From Acutalibacteraceae bacterium (GTDB lineage: Bacteria > Bacillota > Clostridia > Oscillospirales > Acutalibacteraceae): 64,000 bases of DNA. Position 1 is the first letter of the stretch, and each line of letters opens with the position of its first letter. A model generated the notes under the pieces. The model saw only the letters and a program-made list of their open reading frames with translations. It was not told where the DNA came from and searched no databases. The stretch is from assembly GCA_045604805.1 (NCBI GenBank), contig JAZUOT010000030.1:27291-91290 (forward strand), written 5' to 3'. Below, in pieces: positions 41,651 through 52,510 of this stretch. A program made the translations under genes and the position numbers.

Positions 41651-42739
41651 ATGCAGATTTTTCTGAATATAATGATAGGAATTATAGCGGTTTTGCTGCT
41701 TTGTTCCATTATGTCTATCCATGAATTTGGCCACTTTATAATGGCAAAGTTATTTGGAGTTAAAGTTAATGAATTTTCAGTAGGTATGGGTCCTTTATTA
41801 TTGAAAAAGAAAAAGGGTGAAACTCAGTATTCGATAAGGCTTTTACCAATCGGCGGCTATTGTTCTATGGAAGGTGAAGATGAGGCAAGCGATGATCCAA
41901 GGTCATTCAGTGCAAAACCTGCCTACCAAAGAGCTGGTATCGCCGTTATGGGTGCGGTTTTTAATGTCATATTGGGATTTATTATAATGCTAGTAATTTT
42001 TTCTCAGCAAGCTGCATTTACCTCACAGACGATATCACAGTTCCAAGAAAATTCAACAACTCAGGCTACAGGTTTACAGGTGAATGATACTATAGTGTCC
42101 ATTGACGGATATAATGTTAGAACATTTACAGATCTCAATTTTGCTTTAGGTGCAAATGCATCGGCGAGAAAAGCTGTAAAAGAGGGCGGAAATGTTGTTT
42201 ATAATATGACTGTCTTGAGAAATGGTAAATTAATAGAGCTTCCTTCAGTGACTATGTCAACTGTTGGGAGTAACGGTTCATATTCTTTACAGTTGGATTT
42301 TAAGGTTTATGGAATACCAAAAACTTTCCCAAGTTTAATTAAGCAGTCATTTAACAATACATTGTCCACAATCAAGGTTGTATGGTTTAGCATAGCTGGT
42401 TTAGTGAGTGGTAAGTTTAGTCTTGGTGATATGTCCGGCCCAGTTGGTATTGTTTCTGCAGTTGCACAGACTGCATCCCAGGGGTTGGAAGTGAGCTTTT
42501 TGGCGGCTATTAATAATATATTGTTTTTAATGGCTATGATAACAGTAAATTTGGGGGTGTTAAATTTATTACCTTTCCCGGCTTTAGATGGCGGAAGATT
42601 AATATTTATGATAGCGGAAATGATAACTAGAAAAAGAGTCCCAGAAAAATACGAACAATGGATACATGCAGCAGGTTTTGCGATACTTATTTTGTTTATG
42701 TTAGTAGTGACTTTCAGTGATGTTATGAAATTCTTTTGA
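41651..42739 (+). CDS. rseP: RIP metalloprotease RseP
   Basis: HEFGHF zinc motif, a PDZ-like middle region, and LNLLPFPALDGG. Confidence 0.93.
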   Translation: MQIFLNIMIGIIAVLLLCSIMSIHEFGHFIMAKLFGVKVNEFSVGMGPLLLKKKKGETQYSIRLLPIGGYCSMEGEDEASDDPRSFSAKPAYQRAGIAVMGAVFNVILGFIIMLVIFSQQAAFTSQTISQFQENSTTQATGLQVNDTIVSIDGYNVRTFTDLNFALGANASARKAVKEGGNVVYNMTVLRNGKLIELPSVTMSTVGSNGSYSLQLDFKVYGIPKTFPSLIKQSFNNTLSTIKVVWFSIAGLVSGKFSLGDMSGPVGIVSAVAQTASQGLEVSFLAAINNILFLMAMITVNLGVLNLLPFPALDGGRLIFMIAEMITRKRVPEKYEQWIHAAGFAILILFMLVVTFSDVMKFF

Positions 42740-42754
42740 TGTATAGGTGATCTG

Positions 42755-43813
42755 ATGTGTAACAATAATAGAAGAGCTACTAAAACGGTTAAGGTTGGAG
42801 ATGTGTGCATAGGTTCTAAGTATCCGGTAAGTATACAATCTATGCTAAATATTCCTGCAAATGACGTGGATGGAAATGTATCGCAGGCAATAGCTTTAGA
42901 AAAATTAGGCTGTGAAATTATAAGGGTATCTGTACCTGATAAAAAAGCTGTTAATTTAGTTTATAAGTTAAAAGAAAATCTTAAAATACCAGTTGTTGCT
43001 GATATACATTTTGATTATAAATTAGCGATAGAGTCAGCAAAAGCCGGAGCTGATAAGATAAGAATAAATCCTGGGAATATAGGCTCTAAAGAGAGAGTAA
43101 AGTCCGTTGTGGAAGAGTGTCAAAGACAGTCAATAGCTATAAGAATAGGTGTAAATTCAGGTTCTTTGGAAAAACAAATTTTATCAAAATACAAAGGGCC
43201 TTCAGCTGAAGCCTTGGTGGAAAGTGCTTTTTGTCATGTAAAATTACTAGAGGAATTTGATTTTACGAATATAATAGTTTCAATAAAATCATCCAATGTG
43301 AGAACCATGGTGAAAGCCTATAACTTAATAGCCGATAAATGCGATTATCCTCTTCATTTAGGAGTTACCGAAGCCGGAACAAAGCAAATGGGAATGATAA
43401 AATCTGCTGTGGGAATAGGTTCATTATTACTTTCTGGTATAGGAGATACAATAAGGGTCTCACTTACTGATAAACCTGAGGAGGAAATAAAGGCAGCAAG
43501 GCAAATTTTGATTGCTACTGGTTTGAAGAAAGACGCAGCAGAAGTAGTTTCTTGCCCGACTTGTGGAAGAACAAAAATAGATTTAATATCTCTTGCAAAG
43601 GAAGTAGAAGATAAATTACAAAATATTAATAAGCCTATAAAAGTCGCAGTTATGGGTTGTGCTGTGAACGGCCCAGGAGAAGCAAAAGAAGCAGATATCG
43701 GGATAGCTGGTGGAAACAAAGAGGGGATTATATTTAAAAAAGGCGAAATAATCAGGGCGGTAAAAGAAGAAAATATAGTTGAGGAACTTATGAAAGAAAT
43801 AGAAAAATTATAG
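42755..43813 (+). CDS. ispG: 4-hydroxy-3-methylbut-2-en-1-yl diphosphate synthase
   Basis: VQSMLN, RINPGNIG, SCPTCGRT and GCAVNGPGEA motifs. Confidence 0.96.
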   Translation: MCNNNRRATKTVKVGDVCIGSKYPVSIQSMLNIPANDVDGNVSQAIALEKLGCEIIRVSVPDKKAVNLVYKLKENLKIPVVADIHFDYKLAIESAKAGADKIRINPGNIGSKERVKSVVEECQRQSIAIRIGVNSGSLEKQILSKYKGPSAEALVESAFCHVKLLEEFDFTNIIVSIKSSNVRTMVKAYNLIADKCDYPLHLGVTEAGTKQMGMIKSAVGIGSLLLSGIGDTIRVSLTDKPEEEIKAARQILIATGLKKDAAEVVSCPTCGRTKIDLISLAKEVEDKLQNINKPIKVAVMGCAVNGPGEAKEADIGIAGGNKEGIIFKKGEIIRAVKEENIVEELMKEIEKL

Positions 43814-43826
43814 CGGTGAAATAATT

Positions 43827-46800
43827 TTGGAAAAGTTTGAGAAAATATTTGGAAAATACATAAAAGAAAAAATAAATAACAAAAATCAAGAAAATATAAA
43901 AAAATTATTAGAAAAATTTAGTTGTGCTGAAATCTCAAATATACAAGTAAATAAGAAAAACAGGGCTATGACTGTCATTATAAATACCGAAGAAATAGTA
44001 AGTAGAACTTTACTGAATGAAGTTGAAGTTCTACTTAAGTCGTCTTCTTTGGATTTAAATGATATTACGATAAAAGTGCAATACCCAGCTTCTCAGTTTA
44101 ATGAGCGATATATTTTAAGTTTGACAGATTATCTTGTCAATGAAAATAGTAGTCTGAGAGGGAGCTTTATAGATTCTGAGATAAATATCCATGATAGCAA
44201 TGTTGATATACGCTTAAAACATGGCGGAAAAACTCTGCTTGAAAGTAAAAATATAGATAAGAAATTGCAGAAAATGATTTTGTCAGATTTTGGAATTAAT
44301 GTAGTTGTGAGATTTACAGGAAATACAAAAGTTGATCAAATGAGTGTTGCAAGCATAGAAAAAATGAAAATTCAAGCCGAAACTCAAAAAAGGAAAAATG
44401 TGATAGAGGCCGTAAAGAAAGAAGAAAGAGTTTTTGAAAAAAGGGCAAACAACAAAACCACAATAAATATAAGGCAGGGAGAAACTCTTAATCCTTATCC
44501 TGTGCTGGATTCGGCAAGGTCTATATATGGCAAAGAAATAAAAGGGAAAACAATACCAATAAAAGAAATAGATAGCGACTACGGTAATGTTACTTTTTGG
44601 GGAGAAGTTTTTTCTACAGAGATAAGAAATACTAAGGATAACAAAAAATATATTATATCTATAAACTTAACGGATTATACTGATTCTATAACGGTGAAAG
44701 TCATAGACTTTATAAAAGAATGTGAGTTAGTTGAAAAACTAAAAAAAGGCGATATGCTTCTGATAAAGGGTAACGTGTCTTTTGATAGTTATGCTAGAGA
44801 AGATGTTGTAATGGCAAGAAGTATATGTAAATTAAAAAGGATGCAAGTTGTAGATGATGCAGAAGAAAAAAGGGTAGAACTACACTTGCATACAAACATG
44901 TCTGCACTAGATGGTATGAACCCTGTAAAAGAATACATAAAACGTGCGGCTGATTGGGGACATAAGGCTATAGCAATTACAGACCATGGTGTAGCTCAAG
45001 CCTATCCAGAGGCTATGGATACTGTAGAAAGCCTCAATGCTGCGGGAAATGACATGAAAGTAATATACGGAACAGAAGCGTATTTTGTCAGTGATACTGT
45101 GAATGTTGTTAAGGGAAATAGTGAGCAGTCACTAAATGATGAATTTATAGTTTTTAGCTTGAGTACAACAGGATTTAATTTAGAAAGAGATGGTATTATA
45201 AAAATAGCTGCTGTGAGAGTGCAAGATGGTCAGTTAAAAGATAGTTTTAGTACTTTGATAAAAGCAGAGCAAAAAATATCTCAGGAAATTACAGAGCTTA
45301 CAGGCATAAATGATAAGGATATGTATAAAGCTCCAGAGGCAGAAGTTGCAATTAAAAACTTTGTAAAATTTTGTGGTAACTGTTCGGTTTTGGTAGCACA
45401 TAATGCCTCTTTTGCCACTGCATTTATTTCGAGCTACTTAGAAAAATATAAAATTAAGTTTGATTATACTTATCTGGATACACTTTACTTAAGTAGAGCA
45501 TTAGTGCCGAATAAGTTAAATTATCGTTTAGAAAGATTAGCAAAGCATTTCAAAATACAACAAAATAATTTAATTTCCGCAGACGAAGATGCTAGAGTGC
45601 TTGCAAATATATTCGTCAAATTATGCGATATATTAAAAATGGAAAATAAAATAGAAAATATTTCTGATATAAATTTATCGCTATCTGATACTGCAGCAAC
45701 TACACAGAGAACCTATCATCAGATAATACTTGTTAAAAATAAAACTGGCCTTAAAAATTTGTATAAGCTTATATCAAAAGCACACTTGGATTATTTTTAT
45801 AAAAAACCCAGAATACCGAAAAGTGAGCTCATAAAACATAGAGAAGGTCTGATAATTGGCAGTGCCTGTTCTGAGGGTGAATTATTTGAAGCGGTGTCTC
45901 TCGGAAAACCATTTGAACAGCTAAAGGAAATAGCCAGCTTTTATGATTATTTAGAGATACAACCAATTCAAAACAATATATATTTATTAAGAAATGGAAT
46001 GGCAAAAGACGAGGAAGATCTTAGATATTTTAATAAAAAAATAGTTGAACTTGGAGATAAACTAAATATCCCAGTTGTTGCAACTTGTGATGTTCATTTT
46101 CTTGATCCGCACGACAGCGAATATAGAAAGATTTTAATGTATTCTCAGGGATTTAACGATGCCGAAGAACAACCGCCATTGTATTTTAGAACTACAGCGG
46201 AGATGCTCAGTGAATTTTCATATTTAGGAGCAGAAAAAGCCTATGAGGTAGTCGTTGAGAATACAAATTTAATCTCAGACATGGTTGAAAATGTACGCCC
46301 AATACCTAAGGGTGTTTATCCACCGTTTATAGAGGGTGCTGAAAGTCAGCTCATAGATATAACTTGGAAAACTGCAAAGGAAATTTATGGGGATCCTTTG
46401 CCTAGTATAGTCTTAGACAGGGTAGAAAAAGAATTATCATCTATAACCAAGTATGGATTTTCGGTACTCTATATGACTGCTCAGAAACTAGTTGCAGACT
46501 CTATGGAACACGGATATTTAGTTGGTTCTAGAGGTTCTGTCGGTTCTTCTGTGGTAGCAAATTTATCGGGAATATCTGAAGTAAATCCAATGATGCCGCA
46601 CTATGTTTGTCCAAAATGTAAGCACAGCGAATTTATAGAAGATGGCAGTGTTGGTTCAGGTTTTGATTTACCCCCCAAGAAATGTCCGAACTGCGATACG
46701 GACTACAAACGTGATGGACATAATATACCGTTTGAAACTTTTTTGGGTTTCGAAGGGGATAAAACACCTGATATAGACTTGAATTTTTCTGGAGAATATC

Positions 46801-48200
46801 AGAATTTTGCTCATAGATATACTGAAATGTTATTTGGAAAAGATAATGTTTTTAAAGCTGGAACGATTTCCACTATAGCTACGAAAATGGGAATAGGTTA
46901 TGTGAAAAAATTTAACGAAGAAAAATCTTTAAATCTGCCTAAAGCTGAGCAATTACGTTTGGCAGAAGGCTGTACTGGTGTCAAAAAAACAACAGGCCAG
47001 CATCCCGGAGGCATGGTAGTAGTCCCTAAGGGTATGGAAATATATGATTTTTGCCCTGTTCAGCACCCTGCGGATAAAGATAATTCAGACAATATAACTA
47101 CGCATTTTGACTTCCATTCTATACACGATACTATATGCAAACTGGATGAATTGGGTCATGATGTTCCAACTATTTATCGGTATTTAGAAGATTTTACAGG
47201 AATAAACGTAATGGATGTTTCCATGAGTGATCCAGAGGTTATGTCTTTGTTTACTTCAACAGAGGCATTAGGGGTTAAACCTGAGGAAATAGGCTCAAAA
47301 ACAGGAACCTTTTCTTTGCCTGAAGTTGGAACCCGTTTTGTTCGTGATATGCTTATAGAAGCAAAGCCAAAGACATTTTCAGATTTATTACAGATATCAG
47401 GGCTTTCTCATGGTACAGATGTTTGGTTATCTAATGCACAAGATCTGATAAAAGACAAGGTTTGTACTATATCTGAGGTTATAGGAACAAGAGATAGTAT
47501 AATGACTTACTTGCTCCAAAAAGGATTGCCATCAAAGACAGCTTTTGAAATAATGGAAATTGTTAGAAAAGGGAAAGCCCCTCAAAAATTAACGGACGAA
47601 CACATAAAAACTATGAAGGAACATGGTGTTCCTCAGTGGTATATAGATTCTTGTAAGAAAATAAAATATATGTTCCCTAAAGCTCACGCAGCAGCATATA
47701 TGATCGCAGCTTTGCGTTTAGGTTGGTACAAGGTACATAGGCCTGTAGAATATTATGCGGCATACTTTACAGCAAGAAGTGAGGACTTTGATGGAATATT
47801 AGCAATAAAAGGCCGTAAAGCTATTAAAGACGCCATGCAAGCTGTAGAAAATAAGGGAAAATCCGCTACCGCCAAAGACAATGCAAGCTATGCAACTCTT
47901 CAAATAATGAATGAAATGTTAGCAAGAGGTGTTGAAGTTTTGCCGGTTGATTTGCACAAATCTCACGCCAAAATATTTGTGTTAGAAGAAGGAAAAATAA
48001 GATTACCTTTTAGTTCGCTTTCAGGAGTAGGGGAAAGTGCGGCTAACAGCTTGATGCAGGCAGGAGAAAAATTTAAAGAATATATATCAGTAGAAGAACT
48101 TCAGGAAAAAACAGGAATATCAAAAGCTGTTATGGAAGCTCTGGAACAGGCAGGGGCTTTAGCAGGGTTACCAACTACAAGTCAGATAAGCTTATTCTAA
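43827..48200 (+). CDS. polC: DNA polymerase III PolC-type
   Basis: 1457 aa. PHP domain (VELHLHTNMS), inserted DEDDh exonuclease, a zinc-finger module (CPKCKH...CPNCD), and PDIDLNF catalytic aspartates. Confidence 0.97.
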   Translation: MEKFEKIFGKYIKEKINNKNQENIKKLLEKFSCAEISNIQVNKKNRAMTVIINTEEIVSRTLLNEVEVLLKSSSLDLNDITIKVQYPASQFNERYILSLTDYLVNENSSLRGSFIDSEINIHDSNVDIRLKHGGKTLLESKNIDKKLQKMILSDFGINVVVRFTGNTKVDQMSVASIEKMKIQAETQKRKNVIEAVKKEERVFEKRANNKTTINIRQGETLNPYPVLDSARSIYGKEIKGKTIPIKEIDSDYGNVTFWGEVFSTEIRNTKDNKKYIISINLTDYTDSITVKVIDFIKECELVEKLKKGDMLLIKGNVSFDSYAREDVVMARSICKLKRMQVVDDAEEKRVELHLHTNMSALDGMNPVKEYIKRAADWGHKAIAITDHGVAQAYPEAMDTVESLNAAGNDMKVIYGTEAYFVSDTVNVVKGNSEQSLNDEFIVFSLSTTGFNLERDGIIKIAAVRVQDGQLKDSFSTLIKAEQKISQEITELTGINDKDMYKAPEAEVAIKNFVKFCGNCSVLVAHNASFATAFISSYLEKYKIKFDYTYLDTLYLSRALVPNKLNYRLERLAKHFKIQQNNLISADEDARVLANIFVKLCDILKMENKIENISDINLSLSDTAATTQRTYHQIILVKNKTGLKNLYKLISKAHLDYFYKKPRIPKSELIKHREGLIIGSACSEGELFEAVSLGKPFEQLKEIASFYDYLEIQPIQNNIYLLRNGMAKDEEDLRYFNKKIVELGDKLNIPVVATCDVHFLDPHDSEYRKILMYSQGFNDAEEQPPLYFRTTAEMLSEFSYLGAEKAYEVVVENTNLISDMVENVRPIPKGVYPPFIEGAESQLIDITWKTAKEIYGDPLPSIVLDRVEKELSSITKYGFSVLYMTAQKLVADSMEHGYLVGSRGSVGSSVVANLSGISEVNPMMPHYVCPKCKHSEFIEDGSVGSGFDLPPKKCPNCDTDYKRDGHNIPFETFLGFEGDKTPDIDLNFSGEYQNFAHRYTEMLFGKDNVFKAGTISTIATKMGIGYVKKFNEEKSLNLPKAEQLRLAEGCTGVKKTTGQHPGGMVVVPKGMEIYDFCPVQHPADKDNSDNITTHFDFHSIHDTICKLDELGHDVPTIYRYLEDFTGINVMDVSMSDPEVMSLFTSTEALGVKPEEIGSKTGTFSLPEVGTRFVRDMLIEAKPKTFSDLLQISGLSHGTDVWLSNAQDLIKDKVCTISEVIGTRDSIMTYLLQKGLPSKTAFEIMEIVRKGKAPQKLTDEHIKTMKEHGVPQWYIDSCKKIKYMFPKAHAAAYMIAALRLGWYKVHRPVEYYAAYFTARSEDFDGILAIKGRKAIKDAMQAVENKGKSATAKDNASYATLQIMNEMLARGVEVLPVDLHKSHAKIFVLEEGKIRLPFSSLSGVGESAANSLMQAGEKFKEYISVEELQEKTGISKAVMEALEQAGALAGLPTTSQISLF

Positions 48201-48224
48201 CTTTTTTAAGAAAGGCCAATATAA

Positions 48225-50603
48225 ATGTACAAAGACATAAAAAAAGAATTGCCATGCAACAAACAAAGATATTTGCCTAAGGCTGAGCTTGGTCTTAGTT
48301 CTCAACAAGTTCAGCAAAGAATTGCTGATGGTTTTACAAATTTTACTGTTGATGCACCTTCTAAGACTGTAAAACAAATTATTTATAGCAATGTTTTTAC
48401 TTACTTTAATCTAGTATTTGTTGTTTTAGCTATTTTCATTTTGATAGTAGGTTCTTATCAGAATTTAATGTTTTTAGGTGTTGTTATCATAAACACCATA
48501 ATAGGGATAGTACAGGAGATAAGGGCAAAGCGCACGATAGATAAGTTGACAGTTTTATCTTCGCCTAATGCTAAGGTTTTAAGAGACGGAAAGATAAAAT
48601 TTGTTCCAACTGAAAAATTAGTTCTTGATGACGTTGTTATATTTTCAGCGGGTCAACAAATATGTGCGGATGCTGTAATCCTAGATGGAGAAGTAGAAGT
48701 AAATGAGGGTCTAGTCACTGGTGAAGCTGATGCGATAAAAAAGGGTATTAGTGACGCTTTACTTTCAGGGAGTTTTGTTGTATCTGGAGAATGTAGAGCA
48801 CGTTTGGACAAGGTCGGAGCAGATTCTTTTGCTTCAAGATTAACAGTAGAAGCAAAAAGGCACAAAAGAATAGAATCTGAGATGATGCGTTCTCTTAATC
48901 GCTTGATAAAAGTTATAGGAATTATAATAATCCCGTTTGGGGTGTTGATGTACTTAAATCAAAAAACCATACCAGGCATGACGCCCAATTACGCAGTTGT
49001 TTCGACAGTAGCTTCGCTTATTGCTATGATACCTGAAGGCCTATATCTTCTGGTAAGTGTAGCTTTAGCTGTTTCTGTGATGAGATTGGCTTCTCATAAA
49101 ACATTAGTACATGAGCTTTATTGCATAGAAACTTTAGCTAGGGTTGATGTTCTTTGTTTGGATAAAACTGGAACTATAACTACAGGTGAGATGCAAGTTT
49201 CAGATTTAGTAGTGATATGTCCAGAATCATACTCTAATGAAGAAATATCTAAAATAATAAGTGCATTTTATAAATGCAGTAAAGATGAAAATGAAACCGC
49301 AAAAGCTTTAAGAGAAAAATTTAATGATAAAGTGGATTGGCAAGCAAATAAAATTGTAGCTTTTTCTTCTTCCAGAAAATGGAGTGCGGTGGAATTTAAA
49401 TCACAGGGTACATATGTGATAGGAGCTCCAGACTTTGTTTTAGCTAATAAATACAGCGAGGATTATAAGAAAAAGGTAGATGAATATGCATCTGAAGGCA
49501 AGCGTGTTTTATTGTTAGCCAAACACGACGGAAAGATTATAGATGAGAAGCTTAATTGTGTGAGCCCTATCGCGTTTATAATTATCCAAGACAAGATAAG
49601 AAATGGTGCAAAAAAAACTTTACAGTATTTCTATGAGCAAGATGTTGACATTAAGATAATATCGGGTGATGATCCTTTAACTGTTTCGCGTATAGCTAAA
49701 CGCGCAGGGGTTAAAAATTTTGATAAGTTTATAGATTGTAAAACCTTATCAAGCAAGGAAGATGTAATTCACGCTGCAAATGAATATACGGTGTTTGGAA
49801 GAGTAAGCCCTGAGCAAAAGAGAATGCTTATTAATGCTTTGAAAAAGCAAGGCCACACGGTAGCTATGACGGGTGATGGTGTGAATGATGTTTTAGCCTT
49901 GAAAGATGCTGACTGCAGTATAGCTATGGCATCAGGAAGTGATGCAGCTTGTCAGGTTTCACAGTTAGTCCTAATGGATTCTAATTTTAGCTCTATGCCA
50001 AAAGTTGTTTTGGAAGGTCGTAGAGTAATTAATAACATAGAAAGAGCAGCCTCTTTGTTTTTAGTAAAAACCATATACTCTTCTATTTTTACTTTGCTTA
50101 GTATATTTTTTTCCTTGGCATATCCATTTGTTCCAATACAGCTTAGTTTGATAAGTGCCTTAACAATCGGAGTACCATCGTTTTTCCTAGCTTTAGAACC
50201 AAATAAATCCAGGGTGAGTGGTAAATTTCTTTCGAATGTTTTTTCGAAGGCTTTACCAGCAGGGCTGACTAACTTAGTAAGCATGGTAGGTATTAGTTTT
50301 ATTTCCTCGCTTTTTGCTTACGAAACTTCAGTCATGTCAACTATTGCTACGATAGTCGTAACTTTTACTTCTTTTATGTTTTTGATAGAAATATGCAAAC
50401 CTATGAATTTTAAACGCAAAGCGATGTGTAGTACAATGATAGTCATATTTATAATTGCTATTGTTTGTATGCCAGAATTTTTTATGGTGTCATCGCTGAC
50501 GCTAGGAAATATATTAGTGACAGTTATATTTGTATTCATTAGTACATTTATGCTTAGAACTATGTTTGATATTTGTTCAAAGGTTTTTAAATATTCGAAA
50601 TGA
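48225..50603 (+). CDS. cation-translocating P-type ATPase (HAD-IC family)
   Basis: CLDKTGTITTGEM phosphorylation site, TGEA actuator motif, MTGDGVNDVLALKDAD hinge, and about 8-10 TM helices. Substrate was not determined. Confidence 0.88.
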   Translation: MYKDIKKELPCNKQRYLPKAELGLSSQQVQQRIADGFTNFTVDAPSKTVKQIIYSNVFTYFNLVFVVLAIFILIVGSYQNLMFLGVVIINTIIGIVQEIRAKRTIDKLTVLSSPNAKVLRDGKIKFVPTEKLVLDDVVIFSAGQQICADAVILDGEVEVNEGLVTGEADAIKKGISDALLSGSFVVSGECRARLDKVGADSFASRLTVEAKRHKRIESEMMRSLNRLIKVIGIIIIPFGVLMYLNQKTIPGMTPNYAVVSTVASLIAMIPEGLYLLVSVALAVSVMRLASHKTLVHELYCIETLARVDVLCLDKTGTITTGEMQVSDLVVICPESYSNEEISKIISAFYKCSKDENETAKALREKFNDKVDWQANKIVAFSSSRKWSAVEFKSQGTYVIGAPDFVLANKYSEDYKKKVDEYASEGKRVLLLAKHDGKIIDEKLNCVSPIAFIIIQDKIRNGAKKTLQYFYEQDVDIKIISGDDPLTVSRIAKRAGVKNFDKFIDCKTLSSKEDVIHAANEYTVFGRVSPEQKRMLINALKKQGHTVAMTGDGVNDVLALKDADCSIAMASGSDAACQVSQLVLMDSNFSSMPKVVLEGRRVINNIERAASLFLVKTIYSSIFTLLSIFFSLAYPFVPIQLSLISALTIGVPSFFLALEPNKSRVSGKFLSNVFSKALPAGLTNLVSMVGISFISSLFAYETSVMSTIATIVVTFTSFMFLIEICKPMNFKRKAMCSTMIVIFIIAIVCMPEFFMVSSLTLGNILVTVIFVFISTFMLRTMFDICSKVFKYSK

Positions 50604-50614
50604 AGGTGACTTAG

Positions 50615-52486
50615 ATGCCTAAGAAGATAAAATTATCTGAGCTTAATTTGCCAGAAGATCTAAAAAAATTAAATTCAGATGAGTTAAACGAACTGTGCTT
50701 ACAGATAAGAGAAGTGATAATAAATACTGTGGCTGAAAATGGGGGACACCTTTCTTCTAATTTAGGGACTGTTGAGGCAACAGTTGCTATGCATATAGCG
50801 TTTGATTTAAAAAAAGATAGATTAGTCTGGGATGTTGGGCATCAAAGTTATACCCATAAAATAATAAGTGGAAGATTAAAAGATATAAAAAAAATACGTC
50901 AAAGTGGTGGTTTATCGGGATTTCCTAAGATGAGCGAAAGCGAGTATGATGCTTTTGACACAGGACATAGTAGTACTTCGATATCTGCAGCATATGGTTT
51001 AGCAAAGGCTGGTGCAATGAATAAAAAAAATGCTAATTATATAGCATTTATAGGTGATGGAGCATTGACAGGTGGATTAGCTTTTGAGGGACTTAATAAT
51101 GCCGGAAGATTTAAAAGAAACTTTATAGTTGTGCTTAACGACAACAAAATGTCAATATCTGGAAATGTTGGGGCTTTGTCAAGATATTTATCAAAAATAA
51201 GGACAAAAACTGCTTACATAAAAACAAAAGAAAACATGGAAAAACTTTTACAGAATACGCCATTAGTGGGAAATACAGCTATTAAGGCGATTAAAACCTC
51301 AAAGTCTGCGCTTAAGAATGTTCTGTACAAGAGTACACTCTTTGAAGATATGGGATTCACATATTACGGGCCTATAGATGGACATAATATAGATGAAATG
51401 GTACATATTTTTAAAGTTGCCAAAGAAGTAAACGGGCCTGTCCTTGTGCATATACTTACCCAAAAAGGAAAGGGATATGAGTTTGCAGAAAAACATGCTG
51501 CTGAGTTTCATGGTATATCTAAATTTGATATTGAAACAGGTGAAAGCAAATATTCTGTTAGTTTTTCATCGGTGTTTGGCGATATAATGAAAAAATTTGC
51601 AAATGAGGACAAACGCATTTGTGCTATAACTGCCGCTATGAAAGCAGGCACTGGATTATTAGAGTTCTCAAAAGAATTCAAGGGAAGATGTTTTGATGTA
51701 GGCATAGCGGAAGAACACGCAGTAACCTTTTCGGGGGCCATGTCTGTAGGAGGAGTATTGCCTGTTTTTGCTGTGTATTCTACCTTTTTGCAAAGGGCAT
51801 ATGATCAGTTGTTACATGATGTGTCTTTGCAGGGTGCCCATGTTGTGTTGGGAATAGACAGAGCTGGTATAGGAGGAGAAGATGGAGAAACACATCAAGG
51901 CTTGTTTGATGTTTCACTATTAAACACTGTGCCTGGTTCTACCGTATTTGCTCCATCTTATTTTGATGAAATGGAACCATGCTTTAAGAAAGCTCTGTAT
52001 GAATGCAAGGGTCTTGCCGCAGTGCGTTACCCTAGAGGGGGAGAGCTCTATAAACCATGTGATTATAAGTATAGTGGAAAGCACTTTGACATATATGGTG
52101 ATGGAAATAACACTATATCAATAGTTACATATGGTAGAATTTTTTCATATGCAACACAAGCAATACGTAGTTTAAAGCGTCTAGGTATAGGAGTTAATAT
52201 CCTGAAACTAAATCAAATACGACCAATAGATAATGAAGCAGTTGAATATTTATTAGGTAGAAAGAAAATATTCTTTTTTGAAGAAGCTCAAAAAGCTGGC
52301 TCATGTGGACAAGCTCTATGTTTAGCTTTAGCTGAAAAATCATACAAGGGTAAATATACATTGACGGCTATAGATGATGAATTTGTTTCTTCTGGTACTA
52401 GTTCAGAGCTCCTCCATAAATATAAACTTGATAAAGATGGAATGATAGAAATAATAAAAAAATCGACAAGAAGAAATATAAGGTAA
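50615..52486 (+). CDS. dxs: 1-deoxy-D-xylulose-5-phosphate synthase
   Basis: GGHLSSNLGTVE and GDGALTGGLAFEGLNNAG (ThDP motif). Length 623 aa. Confidence 0.96.
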   Translation: MPKKIKLSELNLPEDLKKLNSDELNELCLQIREVIINTVAENGGHLSSNLGTVEATVAMHIAFDLKKDRLVWDVGHQSYTHKIISGRLKDIKKIRQSGGLSGFPKMSESEYDAFDTGHSSTSISAAYGLAKAGAMNKKNANYIAFIGDGALTGGLAFEGLNNAGRFKRNFIVVLNDNKMSISGNVGALSRYLSKIRTKTAYIKTKENMEKLLQNTPLVGNTAIKAIKTSKSALKNVLYKSTLFEDMGFTYYGPIDGHNIDEMVHIFKVAKEVNGPVLVHILTQKGKGYEFAEKHAAEFHGISKFDIETGESKYSVSFSSVFGDIMKKFANEDKRICAITAAMKAGTGLLEFSKEFKGRCFDVGIAEEHAVTFSGAMSVGGVLPVFAVYSTFLQRAYDQLLHDVSLQGAHVVLGIDRAGIGGEDGETHQGLFDVSLLNTVPGSTVFAPSYFDEMEPCFKKALYECKGLAAVRYPRGGELYKPCDYKYSGKHFDIYGDGNNTISIVTYGRIFSYATQAIRSLKRLGIGVNILKLNQIRPIDNEAVEYLLGRKKIFFFEEAQKAGSCGQALCLALAEKSYKGKYTLTAIDDEFVSSGTSSELLHKYKLDKDGMIEIIKKSTRRNIR

Positions 52487-52510
52487 AGTTATAGAGGAGT
52501 AAGTGTAACT

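Noticed and set aside
42307-42810. 167-aa minus-strand ORF spanning the rseP/ispG junction.
   Set aside because: It is antisense to two conserved genes and has no motifs.
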